A stretch of DNA of 21,766 nt from Methanobacteriaceae archaeon 41_258 (GCA_001507955.1 LGEU01000008.1:1-21766), one strand, 5' to 3'; counted from the first letter of the stretch, positions 1-9,558 are shown. Program-made: numbers and translations. Notes: a model not told the origin generated them from the sequence alone.

Positions 1-201
1 ATTAACTCGTTCTCACTATATTACCCTTCGAGGATCACAGCAGATCACCTTTGAGTCGTGTGATTAATACCTTAATGATCCTCCATTATTATATGATTTT
101 TACAGAGTCAAATTTTAATCAAAAGATTTGAAAAGGTGGTTGACAATGCTTAGTCGAGTCTTCGAGCACCTTTGAAGCCTACTAATCTTGGGAGGGCTGG
201 C

Positions 202-1440
202 ATGATTAAAATATGTTTCACGGGACCTACTGATAAATATAATAGGGGAACAGAGGCATTAATTGTAAGTCGTGTTAAGTTATTGGATTTTCTTTTGAAA
301 TCCCCTTTATTTTTTGTTCCATATAATTTACCTAAATATATACCAAATATCAATTCCAGAATGAAACCATTCAAAAGGATAGGTTTTATAACTCCTTCAT
401 TTTTATCTTTAAAGACGCTTTTTATCATAATTTCAGTTTTAATATGGAGAATCGTATCAAAATTTAGGAGAGTTGATTCTCTTTTATCATGGAGTGAAGG
501 TTTAAAGGCATTTTATGATTCAGATATTGTGATTACAACTGGTGGTGATGTTTTATCGGAAGATTATGGGATCTTTAATTTTCTAACTGAATTTTGTGGA
601 TTAAGTATAGCTATTCTGCTTAAAAAGCCGGTTTTCGTTTATGCGGAATCAATAGGTCCTTTTAAGAATAATATCACGCGTTTTATTGCGAGAACGGTCC
701 TTAATAAGACTCATGTTATAACAACTAGAGATGAAATATCATTTAATTATCTTAAAAAAATTGGGGTTGAAAAACCTTCAATTTATTTCACAGCAGATTC
801 AGCATTTTTATTGGATAAAAAAGAAGTTAATAATCCTTTATTAAATAATTTTTTAAGTAGAGGGAAAATAATCGGCTTTTCACTTAGTAATGCAATTTCA
901 GAATGGGCTGATGGAAATTACAATGAATATGTAAATGTAATTGCAAAAATTATCGACATCATTATAGAAAGTTATGATGTGAATGTTTTATTGATAGCCC
1001 ATGTAACAGGGAGCGGCTTGAACGATGATAGGATTATAAACAAAAATGTTTTAAAGAAAGTTAAAAATAAGAAGAGAATTTTCAATTTAAAAGGGGATTA
1101 TAACTCAGAAGAACTCAAGTATATAATATCGCATTGTGAGCTTTTTATTGGAGCTCGTATGCATGCTAATATAGCTGCATTATCGAATTGCATACCAACA
1201 GTTGCAATATCATACAGTATAAAAACTCCAGGACTTATGAAACTTTGTGGTCTTGAAGATTATTATATTGAATTCACGGATCTTAATGAGCATACATTAT
1301 TATCTAAGATTTCAGATGCATGGGAAAATAGAGAGAAAATAAAGGCACACCTTAAGAATGTAATCCCTAAAGTTAAAAAAAAGGCGTTGAAAAATGGTGA
1401 ACTAGTAAAAGAACTCTGCGAATCGCTGAGAATCTCATAA
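202..1440 (+). CDS. polysaccharide pyruvyl transferase family protein
   Basis: ORF 172..1440. The best start is ATG 202, preceded by GGAGGG at 191-196. Motif blocks TTGGDVLSEDYG, VFVYAESIGPF and ELFIGARMHANIAALSNCIPTVAISYSIKTPG fit the CsaB/WcaK-type pyruvyl transferase pattern as I recall it. Confidence 0.8.
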   Translation: MIKICFTGPTDKYNRGTEALIVSRVKLLDFLLKSPLFFVPYNLPKYIPNINSRMKPFKRIGFITPSFLSLKTLFIIISVLIWRIVSKFRRVDSLLSWSEGLKAFYDSDIVITTGGDVLSEDYGIFNFLTEFCGLSIAILLKKPVFVYAESIGPFKNNITRFIARTVLNKTHVITTRDEISFNYLKKIGVEKPSIYFTADSAFLLDKKEVNNPLLNNFLSRGKIIGFSLSNAISEWADGNYNEYVNVIAKIIDIIIESYDVNVLLIAHVTGSGLNDDRIINKNVLKKVKNKKRIFNLKGDYNSEELKYIISHCELFIGARMHANIAALSNCIPTVAISYSIKTPGLMKLCGLEDYYIEFTDLNEHTLLSKISDAWENREKIKAHLKNVIPKVKKKALKNGELVKELCESLRIS

Positions 1441-1445
1441 ATCCC

Positions 1446-1451
1446 TTTTTT
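1446..1451 (+). terminator. oligo-T tract directly after the pyruvyl transferase stop (archaeal-type terminator candidate)
   Basis: TAA at 1438-1440 is followed by atccc-TTTTTT (1446-1451). Archaeal termination commonly uses oligo-T runs. Confidence 0.35.
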
Positions 1452-1715
1452 AGAACGTGTATAACAATTTCAATAATTAAGTCGTAAAGAGGTAGTATTT
1501 TTCACATAATAAATAGCTCTAAAGACAATGTTAAAGTATTAAATATCTTTAGGTATTAGAGTAATATTTTTTGCTTATGGGACATTCCCTGTATATCTTT
1601 CAGCACCAGGATCACTCTAAAATCGAAGTCAAAACACTCTATTGATTTTATCTCCAAGAGCCTTTTTGTGGTGAATTACTCAGTATAGTGTGTAAAACAT
1701 ATAATTGAATAGAAA

Positions 1716-2294
1716 ATGCCAAATGGTGATGGTGATCACCTTCAGGAGAGCATATTAGATCGAGTATCATAACATCGATGAATCTTTTATATGCCCTTTT
1801 ATTGGACAAGTTTCTTGTATTACTTTCAGAAAGTTTAGGTCCATAAAAACCCTATAGTTAAGAGATTATTGGATTATTTCCTTGAAAGGTCCGATCTAAT
1901 CCTTTTAAGGGATAAATCATATCTATTTTCAAGAAAATATTGAACTGAAGAATTAAAATTTATAATAGGCAACTGCAATCTTTTTATAGGTGCCAGGATG
2001 CATGCCACCATAGCTTCTACTTCAATGTTTGTCCCAACTGTCGGGATAGCATACAGTCATAAAATGCATGGAATAATCGGTGAAATGCTCGGCCTTGAAG
2101 ATTATATAATCGATCTGGAAGATCTAAACCATGAAATATTAATCGAAAAGGTGATGGAGGCATGGAAGAACAGGGAGAGAATAGTTGAACATCTTAAAAA
2201 GACAATCCCGAGAGTGAAAGAAAGAGCCTTAAAAAATGGCGAAGCTTTAAAAGAGGTGATTCACTTTCCTAGAAAATCCCTTTCTAGCTTTTAA
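1716..2294 (+). pseudogene. decayed paralog of the adjacent polysaccharide pyruvyl transferase
   Basis: Translated pieces align with the intact gene: GDGDHLQES vs TGGDVLSED; LLYALLLDKFLVLLSESLGP*KPYS*EIIGLFP vs SIAILLKKPVFVYAESIGPFKNNITRFIARTVL; LERSDLILLRDKSYLFSRKY* vs LNKTHVITTRDEISFNYLKKIG; EELKFIIGNCNLFIGARMHATIAS...ALKNGEALKEV vs EELKYIISHCELFIGARMHANIAA...ALKNGELVKEL. In-frame stops sit at 1844, 1859, 1883 and 1941. There is at least one frameshift, and roughly 110-120 codons are missing between the YLKKIG-like and EELK-like blocks. Confidence 0.75.
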
Positions 2295-2464
2295 GGATAC
2301 GATAATGTAGAGAAACACATATTATTAGTTACCAGGGGATTGGCTTCTGTTTTTTCCTCGAGCTAAATGAGGAAGTCATTCAGAAAAGTAATTAACTTTC
2401 AGATTTTCCCCACAAGTATCCTACCAACATGTGAGAATTTTCAGCATCCTTATTGATAGTAAGA

Positions 2465-3228
2465 TTAGGCTCTGTTTTTGACTTTGAAGCCTGATTTTTC
2501 AAGTTTTTCTTTGAGATTCTTGTAACCATAATGATAGTCCATTATTATCTCCTGGAAAGCTTTCAGAGTCTTTTTTGGCGTTTTAAGTATGCTGTATTCG
2601 CAGCCTTCACAATCCATTTTCAGACAAGCGTTTTTTAAATTGAATCTTTCCACTATTTCTTTTAAAGTCGTTAATTTTATGGGTTTGCCCTCTGCAGAGG
2701 ATTTCAAATCGGAACTAGGTGGGTTCTCATATTTTTCATTTAATTTTGTTTCACCTAGTTTTTTGGCAAGAGCTTCATTAAATGGTACGATCTTCCCTTC
2801 TAAACCATTGCCTTTGATGACTTTTAATAATAATTTATATGATGAGGGATATGGTTCGAAAGCATATACTTTTTTGGCTCCCTTTAAAATGAAATAGACA
2901 GAGGAATCTCCTACGTATGCTCCTATATCTACCACAACTTTTCCACTTACGTCCATTCTACTATATATGTCATCTACAAATGTTTCCTTTAATGTACCAA
3001 CAATAGTAAGACATTTCTTCCTTGAATCAGCATAGAACTTAAGATTTCTACCTTTATAATAAAATTTTATTAAACTATTTTTCTATTTTCACTATTCCCC
3101 CTTCAAATTCCCCCGTGAAACCATTTAATAAACCAATCTTAAATAATAAGGCCCCAAGCCAATTCTTATAATTTTTTCTAAGTTGTGTGAAATTTTCTAT
3201 GTAATTCTTGATACGATTTGAAAACATG
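2465..3228 (-). pseudogene. FkbM-family SAM-dependent methyltransferase, N-terminal third disrupted by two frameshifts (intact 163-aa ORF 2465..2956)
   Basis: ORF 2465..2956 has VVVDIGAYVGDSSVYF...KKVYAFEP (SAM-binding) and LKMDCEGCEYSIL, the FkbM/Methyltransf_21 pattern. Upstream, the same reading continues in two other frames: MFSNRIKNYIENFTQL* from ATG 3228, then NFRKNYKNWLGALLFKIGLLNGFTGEFEGGIVKIEK*, then KNSLIKFYYKGRNLKFYADSRKKCLTIVGTLKETFVDDIYSR-MDVSG. Frame breaks coincide with homopolymers at 3172-3177 and 3078-3082. Confidence 0.7.
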
Positions 3229-3507
3229 ATGTAATTTATCTGCCTTCTATTAATAAAATTTATTGAAAAGGGTCTGTCAAGAAGTTGAGGGTTTGATGTT
3301 CAAAAAGCTTTATCTGATTTAATGTTCGGGGTTTATGTGTGGATTTTACACCCTTTATTTGTTTTATGCTCTGGGGAAAACTTTTCCGGGTGTTCTCCTA
3401 GTGGGTTTGGCTCAATATTCTCATCAAATCAGGCTAGGAATGTCTTAGAGTATGGAAGGATCCTAACGTTATTGCCCCACTATAACCTTCGAATAGCTTT
3501 TTATGTC

Positions 3508-4363
3508 TTATAGTATCTTGTTTAGTTTGGCTTCTGGCTCCTTTGTAGGTTTTTGAATTGAATATCGAATTAATTCGAATTTTTCTCTTCTTATATTGTC
3601 TATCTGGTCTCTAGGCAAGTTTTTTTGACATGGTTTTCTGTGAAGCCTTTTAATGCGTGGAAGAGGCACCATTGGTGTTTGAAGCCCAGATGATTCTATT
3701 ATTGGCTCATCAGGGCCCGTTGTTATGGCTATCTTTTTAATAGGGTGTTTCTTTCCAGGGAAAGTCCCTTCTTACAGTGATTTTCTTCGGGGTATAATTT
3801 CGTCGGCCACGATAATATCCCTTCTAACATACATTTGTCTTTGATCTTGGATCTCCTATCAAAGATGTAATATTCAGAATAAGACTCCCCAAAATCCTAT
3901 CCAGACCTTTTAGGGATTCTCAGTCTTCGAAATGGTCTGTCTGGATTTTAATACCCCTTATAGGTGATTCTACGAAACCAAAAAATGGAGCCGCTAATTC
4001 AAAGGGCACTTCTCACCTGAACCCATAAGTAAACTGTTATCCTCCCATGATATATCAGCTTTTAAATCTTTTATCGCATCTGGTGCATCTATATGCTTGG
4101 GATCTCAGCGTCCACAACCCCCATAGGATAAGTTTCCTTCCGCATATAACCATCTCTAATCACATTTTTTATTTGAAGCCGCGGATTCATCCTGTATACG
4201 CAAAACATCCAATTTAGACCATTCTTTTGGCGTCCTAGATGATTTGACAAGCTTTTTGAATGATTAGCCCGACTTTCAATGTACTCTGAAAAAGACAAGG
4301 ATAGGAAAGCTTATAAGTCCGATCCAGCAAAACAACATTTGGAACAAGTGTTTTCTTTGTCAT
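3508..4363 (-). pseudogene. stop- and frameshift-riddled gene relic, weak sulfotransferase-like motifs
   Basis: ATG at 4363 is preceded by GGTGGAG about 12 nt upstream. The N-terminus reads MTKKTLVPNVVLL, like the start of a PAPS-binding strand. An internal (Y*)NPDRPFRRL resembles the RNPxDRxxS motif. The C-terminal frame RDQIDNIRREKFELIRYSIQKP... ends at TAA 3508-3510. No frame stays open for more than about 70 codons. The family assignment is tentative. Confidence 0.3.
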
Positions 4364-4927
4364 GTTAAACACTCTGCTCCACCCCACATAGACTTTAAGG
4401 TTCCATTCTTTCAGTAGTACTTTTTATAGGTGTGAGAACAGGTCATGGTGGATAAATTAAAAACCCACAAGTTTTTGACAGTGCCAAAGGTTAATGAAAA
4501 AACAAAATTTAGTTCTATATTTAAATCTTACGTTAGAAAATTAGTATTATCAATTGTTGGTGTGTGGTGACAATGACTTTGACACCCGTTGACGCAATCA
4601 TTTAAACCCATCTCAAAAAAGCGAATCATAGCTTGTAGTATGTGACTTTTTTTGTTCTTTTTTGCTACTTCAACCTCAGCCCAAGGTGTAAAACAAAAAA
4701 TTGAGTCTTTATGTTGCTTTTTGTTTTTGTGTCATTTGAGATTTAACTTATAAAATTTTTTTCACCACCAAGATTTTACTTTTTATTTCACTTTTACCTC
4801 CATATGCCCTAAAAGCGCTTGGCCGAAGTTTCACAGCAAAAAATTTTATTTACCTATATTATGAACCAAACAACCTGATTTACTCGCTAAAAGTAAACAC
4901 TTGAAAGTCCCCATAAATAGATCTGCC

Positions 4928-6181
4928 TTACTTGTCCAAATTTTGGAAAAACTTGAAAATTGGCCATAAATACTTTTTCGTTGAAAGCTCAGTTTTAATA
5001 TAACGAACCAGACTCCATACGTACATTCCAGTCGAAATTCTCTTTTCTTTGGAACTTGAAACTCCATAAGAAGGCACTTTATTTCCAAATAATTTTAAAA
5101 TGCCTGTATTAGGCTTTAAAAAATCTCTTTTGAACTTCTCCATCTCCTGTAATCTCTTGAGTCCATTTTTGCCTTCCACGCGTAGCATTTTCATTTCACT
5201 TCCATTTAATCTTTTTATCATTCTATCAGCAAATTCACTTCTCGTTATTATTAACGAATGATTTTTTAGATTATACTGTAAATAAGGAAACCAACCGCTA
5301 CCAATAGATATATCTGCTAATTCACATGTTTGATCGCGACATGCCATACACCTTTTGCTGCTACAAAAAATCAAATGATTAAAAACTAAATTCCAAAATT
5401 TAACATGGCTAACCTTTTTTGTACTTCCATTCATGCACTTGATTATCATATAACCAGGTGGAAAGTCTCCGGTTCGATATACCATTTCCTTAACTTCTTC
5501 TTCTGCTATTCCAAGTTTATATAATAAGTACTGGGTTGCCAAAAAAGTTATTCCATAAGAACAAAATAAGCCAATATGCAAAACAATTTTTTCTTTAAGT
5601 TCCTTTTTGAGCCTTTCGGCCTTTCTAAGACCATGAATATGGCATGGTAAACCGACCACTGCAAATTTTTTAAAATTAGAATTCAAAATTTCATTTAAAG
5701 CGACATTAGCTGGGACTGGGCAATACTTAGATCCTATAGCATCAATTAACTCATCTTTAGTCGTCGCTATAAACGCTTCGGGCTTTAAAGGATCATTTTT
5801 ACTCATTCTAGTAACCAAGGCACCGTCAATTATCTTTCCATCTAACAAACTGAGCAATAACTGAAGTACAACTCCCCCAGAAGATGATTCAGATCTCAAC
5901 TTTTCATTTAACGAGTGGCCAACATAAATATTTTTATAAGTTCCCAAAATGATGTCCTTTGGTTTTTCTTGAAATACAAATTCATTAAGTTCTTCAAAAT
6001 TAACTGCTATTCCCGGGCAAACTTTAATACAGATCATGCATTCATTGCATTCCCCTTTGATAATTGGCACATAAGTTCCCTTTTTTTGGTCGATCTCCAT
6101 TTTTATAATATTTTGAGGGCATAGGCCTGCGCAGGTCCCGCAACCAGTGCACAGATCCTTCACTTCAGTGATGTTTTTCAT
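4928..6181 (-). CDS. coenzyme F420 hydrogenase/dehydrogenase beta subunit (FrhB/FdhB)-like protein with N-terminal 2x[4Fe-4S] ferredoxin domain
   Basis: 417-aa ORF. It has two Cys clusters, CTGCGTCAGLCP and CNECMICIKVCP, followed by SSSGGVV...GLPCHIHGL, typical of the FrhB_FdhB N/C domains. Its start overlaps the flippase stop (ATGA at 6178-6181). Confidence 0.8.
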   Translation of the reverse strand: MKNITEVKDLCTGCGTCAGLCPQNIIKMEIDQKKGTYVPIIKGECNECMICIKVCPGIAVNFEELNEFVFQEKPKDIILGTYKNIYVGHSLNEKLRSESSSGGVVLQLLLSLLDGKIIDGALVTRMSKNDPLKPEAFIATTKDELIDAIGSKYCPVPANVALNEILNSNFKKFAVVGLPCHIHGLRKAERLKKELKEKIVLHIGLFCSYGITFLATQYLLYKLGIAEEEVKEMVYRTGDFPPGYMIIKCMNGSTKKVSHVKFWNLVFNHLIFCSSKRCMACRDQTCELADISIGSGWFPYLQYNLKNHSLIITRSEFADRMIKRLNGSEMKMLRVEGKNGLKRLQEMEKFKRDFLKPNTGILKLFGNKVPSYGVSSSKEKRISTGMYVWSLVRYIKTELSTKKYLWPIFKFFQNLDK

Positions 6182-7626
6182 GCTTCTTTCCCCAACAAGT
6201 TATTCAATAATAGCCTGTCATCATCTCCAAAGGTTTTCAACAGGAAGAGGAATAAGAAATAAATGATTGTGGCAAGACCAATAATGATAAATGTGTTCAG
6301 GTTTTTTATTGGATATATTGTTATGGCCATTATGATTGATGCTATTAAGGGTTTTGTGAATGTTCGATTCACATTTATGGTCTTATAATAGCGTCCTATA
6401 TAAAATAGGAATAGACAGTATAGTAGGAGTTCTGATAGTACTGTGGCTATGCTTGCGCCTATGTAGCTGTAATATGGTATTAGTATAAGGTTTAGGATGA
6501 TGTTGAAGGCTGCGCTTATTCCTACGCTGAACATTCTGTAGCCTTGTCTGTTTATGGAGCTTAAGAGTGTTCCTGTGATAGTGCTGACGAGCCGAATGGG
6601 TATGAAGAGTGCCAAGATTTGGAATGCTATTATGGCGCCGGTATATCCTCCAGCATAAAGTATTAGTATGAATTTGTCTGCGAGTATGAAACATCCAATG
6701 GCAATGGGAAGGCCAAAGATTGCAAGATACTTAGATGAAACAATTGTAAGTTTTCCTAGGGATTCTTTATTTTCTTTATAGTATTTTGACATTACAGGGT
6801 AGATTGCGGCTGACACTATCCCCGCGACAATCATACTCAGACTTAGAAGGGGATTATAGGCTGCATTGTAGATTCCAACGGCGACATCACCTTTTAAAAA
6901 ACCTAGGAGTATAGTGTCTATTTTGAAGAAAAACACTGCAAATAGTGCGTTCAAACCAAATGGTAATCCCATCATTAAAAGTTTTTTCTGCAGTTTCCAA
7001 TCAATCTTAAAGAGGGGTTTTATTAACTTTTTGAAGGTTATGGTTGCTGCGAGGATCATATCTATGATGCCTGCCAGGATATAAATGTATGCGACTGCTA
7101 TCACACCGTAGCCCATGAATAGGACCGTTAAAGTAAAAGTTGCGATTATTACACGTTCTATGATCTGGAATAGTGCGACATATTCCATTTTCTCCCAAGC
7201 CTGGAAGAGTGAAAGGTAAGTGCTTGAGAGTGTGAATAAGATATTGTAAATTCCGAAAAGATAGAGTAGAATGGATAATGTCTTAGGGAATCTAAGAGTC
7301 CATGTTATCAGAATGATACCTATGAATGTTAAAATTGAAAGCAGAATCTTTAATAGGATGGCATTGTTCACATAATATTCTGATAATTGTTTTTTTCTAG
7401 CTATCTCTCTTATGAGTAATTGGCTAATGCCGAGGTCGGCGAATATCGCGAAAAGGTTTGTAAATGAAAATGCAAAATTATATTTTCCAAAATCGGCTTC
7501 TCCAAGGAACCTTGCAAGGTATATGAAAAGCACGAAGGATATTAGCGCGGTTAATACTTGCGCTGCTCCCATCACTCCCATATTCTTTACTATTCTCTGA
7601 ATTTGATTCATTATAATCACTGACAA
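6178..7626 (-). CDS. oligosaccharide/polysaccharide flippase (MOP superfamily, Wzx-like)
   Basis: 482-aa ORF that is hydrophobic throughout, with many predicted TM helices. The N-terminus KNMGVMGAAQVLTALISFVLFIYLARFLGEADFGKYNFAFSF matches the polysaccharide biosynthesis protein pattern. The track start at 7626 is TTG; the first ATG is at 7611. Confidence 0.85.
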   Translation of the reverse strand: MSVIIMNQIQRIVKNMGVMGAAQVLTALISFVLFIYLARFLGEADFGKYNFAFSFTNLFAIFADLGISQLLIREIARKKQLSEYYVNNAILLKILLSILTFIGIILITWTLRFPKTLSILLYLFGIYNILFTLSSTYLSLFQAWEKMEYVALFQIIERVIIATFTLTVLFMGYGVIAVAYIYILAGIIDMILAATITFKKLIKPLFKIDWKLQKKLLMMGLPFGLNALFAVFFFKIDTILLGFLKGDVAVGIYNAAYNPLLSLSMIVAGIVSAAIYPVMSKYYKENKESLGKLTIVSSKYLAIFGLPIAIGCFILADKFILILYAGGYTGAIIAFQILALFIPIRLVSTITGTLLSSINRQGYRMFSVGISAAFNIILNLILIPYYSYIGASIATVLSELLLYCLFLFYIGRYYKTINVNRTFTKPLIASIIMAITIYPIKNLNTFIIIGLATIIYFLFLFLLKTFGDDDRLLLNNLLGKEA

Positions 7627-7627
7627 G

Positions 7628-7756
7628 CTAGGTGCAGATAATTTTCCTCTTCTTTTTTAGAGACCAATTTCTAAAGTTGAGAGATTGGATCCAGGGAAAT
7701 ATGATTATAGCAGCTAATATTATACTTATAAGTCTGGATTGAGCTTTTTCATCCAT
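7628..7756 (-). CDS. possible small membrane protein (42 aa), below the ORF-track cutoff
   Basis: The sequence is MDEKAQSRLISIILAAIIIFPWIQSLNFRNWSLKKKRKIICT*, with one hydrophobic helix and a basic tail. AGGTGG lies 3 nt before the ATG. The stop is 17 nt upstream of the flippase ATG. There is no homology evidence. Confidence 0.25.
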   Translation of the reverse strand: MDEKAQSRLISIILAAIIIFPWIQSLNFRNWSLKKKRKIICT

Positions 7757-7851
7757 TTACCACCTAAAAAAGTCTCACCCTCAACCCTCGTAATTTTTTC
7801 CCTGGTCTTCGGATACCTTTTATTTAGGGGATTTCCGAGAAACTGCCAGCT

Positions 7852-8754
7852 TTAAATTTTTGAGGTGTCCTTGTATGCTGTGGTTGCTGCGATGGCACCC
7901 TCAGCGCATGCTGTAACCCACTGATTTAACCCGCCTGTTATGTCCCCAGCGGCATAAACTCTTTCTATATTGGTTCTTTGTTGCTTGTCAGTTATTATGT
8001 AACCTGCCTTGTCTGTTTTGACTCCTAGGTCTTGGGCGAGTTTGTTTAGTGGTTCTTCTCCTATTGCTATGAATATACCATCAGTTTTTATCGTGATGGT
8101 TTGGCCCTTTTTGTTTTCTATTATGGCCCCCTGAACTGCATTGTTGCCTTTGATTTCTTTTAGGGTGCTGTTCCATATTATGGGGATTTTTAGTTTTTTT
8201 GTCTGGTCTTGTAGGTATTTTTGGGCCCTTAATTGATCCCTTCTGTGTATTATTGTGGGTTTGGATCCTATTTTGTGTAGGAATATTGCTTCTTGTAGTG
8301 CGCTGTTCCCTCCTCCGACAACTAGGACTTTTTTGTCTTTGTATAGTGGTCCGTCGCATGTTGCACAGTATGATACTCCTCTTCCTAGGAATTTTTCTTC
8401 GCCGGGGATTCCCAGTCTTTTGTGTCGTGTTCCGGTGGCTAGGATTATTGTTTTGGTCTTGTAGGTGTCTTTTTTAGTCCCTACCTCGAATCCTTCACGT
8501 GTTTTTTCGATTTTTGTAACCTCTTCCAGTTCTTTGAGTTGCGCGTGCTCTGTTGCCTGCTTTTTTATCTTTTGTATGAGTTCTTGACCTTCTATTCTTT
8601 CGTATCCTGGGTAGTTTTCCATTAACGGCACTTCTAGTCCTTTTCCCCCGGCTATTCCCTTTTCGAGTATGAGTGTTTTGCTTCCTTGTCTTCCGGCATA
8701 TATGGCGGCTGTTAGGCCTGCTGGTCCAGCCCCTATTATTATTATGTCATACAT
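7852..8754 (-). CDS. trxB: thioredoxin-disulfide reductase (low-Mr type)
   Basis: 300 aa. It has the FAD motif [17 protein letters not shown], the redox-active CATC (SYCATCDG), a second dinucleotide motif [12 protein letters not shown] followed by HRRDQLRA, and C-terminal AAGDIT. Confidence 0.9.
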   Translation of the reverse strand: MYDIIIIGAGPAGLTAAIYAGRQGSKTLILEKGIAGGKGLEVPLMENYPGYERIEGQELIQKIKKQATEHAQLKELEEVTKIEKTREGFEVGTKKDTYKTKTIILATGTRHKRLGIPGEEKFLGRGVSYCATCDGPLYKDKKVLVVGGGNSALQEAIFLHKIGSKPTIIHRRDQLRAQKYLQDQTKKLKIPIIWNSTLKEIKGNNAVQGAIIENKKGQTITIKTDGIFIAIGEEPLNKLAQDLGVKTDKAGYIITDKQQRTNIERVYAAGDITGGLNQWVTACAEGAIAATTAYKDTSKI

Positions 8755-8770
8755 TGTTCGGCCCCGAAAA

Positions 8771-8780
8771 TTTTATAAGT
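8771..8780. promoter_or_regulatory. TATA-box-like element between divergent trxB and the tRNA pair
   Basis: TTTTATAAGT is centred about 29 nt upstream of the mature tRNA-Glu 5' end (8804) and about 21 nt from the trxB ATG (8754) on the other strand. This is recognised by position and composition only. Confidence 0.35.
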
Positions 8781-8803
8781 ATTCTTTGGTAATATTATTT
8801 ATT

Positions 8804-8878
8804 GCTCCGATAGTGTAGTCCGGCCAATCATCTCGGCCTCTCGAGCCGAGGACCCGGGTTCAAATCCCGGTCGGAGCA
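8804..8878 (+). tRNA. tRNA-Glu (anticodon CUC)
   Basis: 75-nt cloverleaf. The acceptor stem is GCTCCGA/TCGGAGC with discriminator A. The anticodon stem is TCGGC/GCCGA with loop CTCTCGA (anticodon CTC at 8841-8843). The T arm is CCGGG-TTCAAAT-CCCGG. The 5' GCTCCGATAGTGTAGTCCGGCCAATCAT is typical of archaeal tRNA-Glu. No CCA is encoded. Confidence 0.9.
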
Positions 8879-8887
8879 TTCTCTTCA

Positions 8888-9558
<671 letters not shown>

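Noticed and set aside
1-54. A possible C-terminal end of an upstream plus-strand gene (open frame ending at TGA 52-54)
   Set aside because: Only 17 codons are visible, which is not enough to support a call.
150-428. 92-aa minus ORF overlapping the 5' end of the pyruvyl transferase
   Set aside because: It is antisense to a supported gene and has no RBS or motif.
2589-2897. 102-aa plus ORF antisense to the FkbM methyltransferase
   Set aside because: It is an antisense artefact; the minus strand carries clear SAM-methyltransferase motifs.
3322-3513. 63-aa plus ORF in the spacer between the FkbM gene and the decayed relic
   Set aside because: It has no RBS or motif and an odd composition. It overlaps the 3' end of the minus-strand relic.
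4528-4629. 33-codon minus ORF with a Cys/His-rich stretch (DCVNGCQSHCHH)
   Set aside because: It has no RBS or promoter context and is very short. It lies in about 560 nt of apparently non-coding or decayed sequence, so there is insufficient support.
4846-5088. 80-aa minus ORF overlapping the 3' end of the FrhB-like gene in another frame
   Set aside because: It is mostly nested in the supported 417-aa ORF and has no independent evidence.
6383-7600. Alternative-frame and antisense ORFs inside the flippase gene (103, 63 and 62 aa)
   Set aside because: They are overprinted on a 482-aa polytopic membrane protein ORF. Their H/R/T/N-rich or odd composition is typical of off-frame translation.
8081-8477. 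Three 69-92-aa ORFs inside trxB
   Set aside because: They are off-frame or antisense to a gene with complete TrxR motifs.
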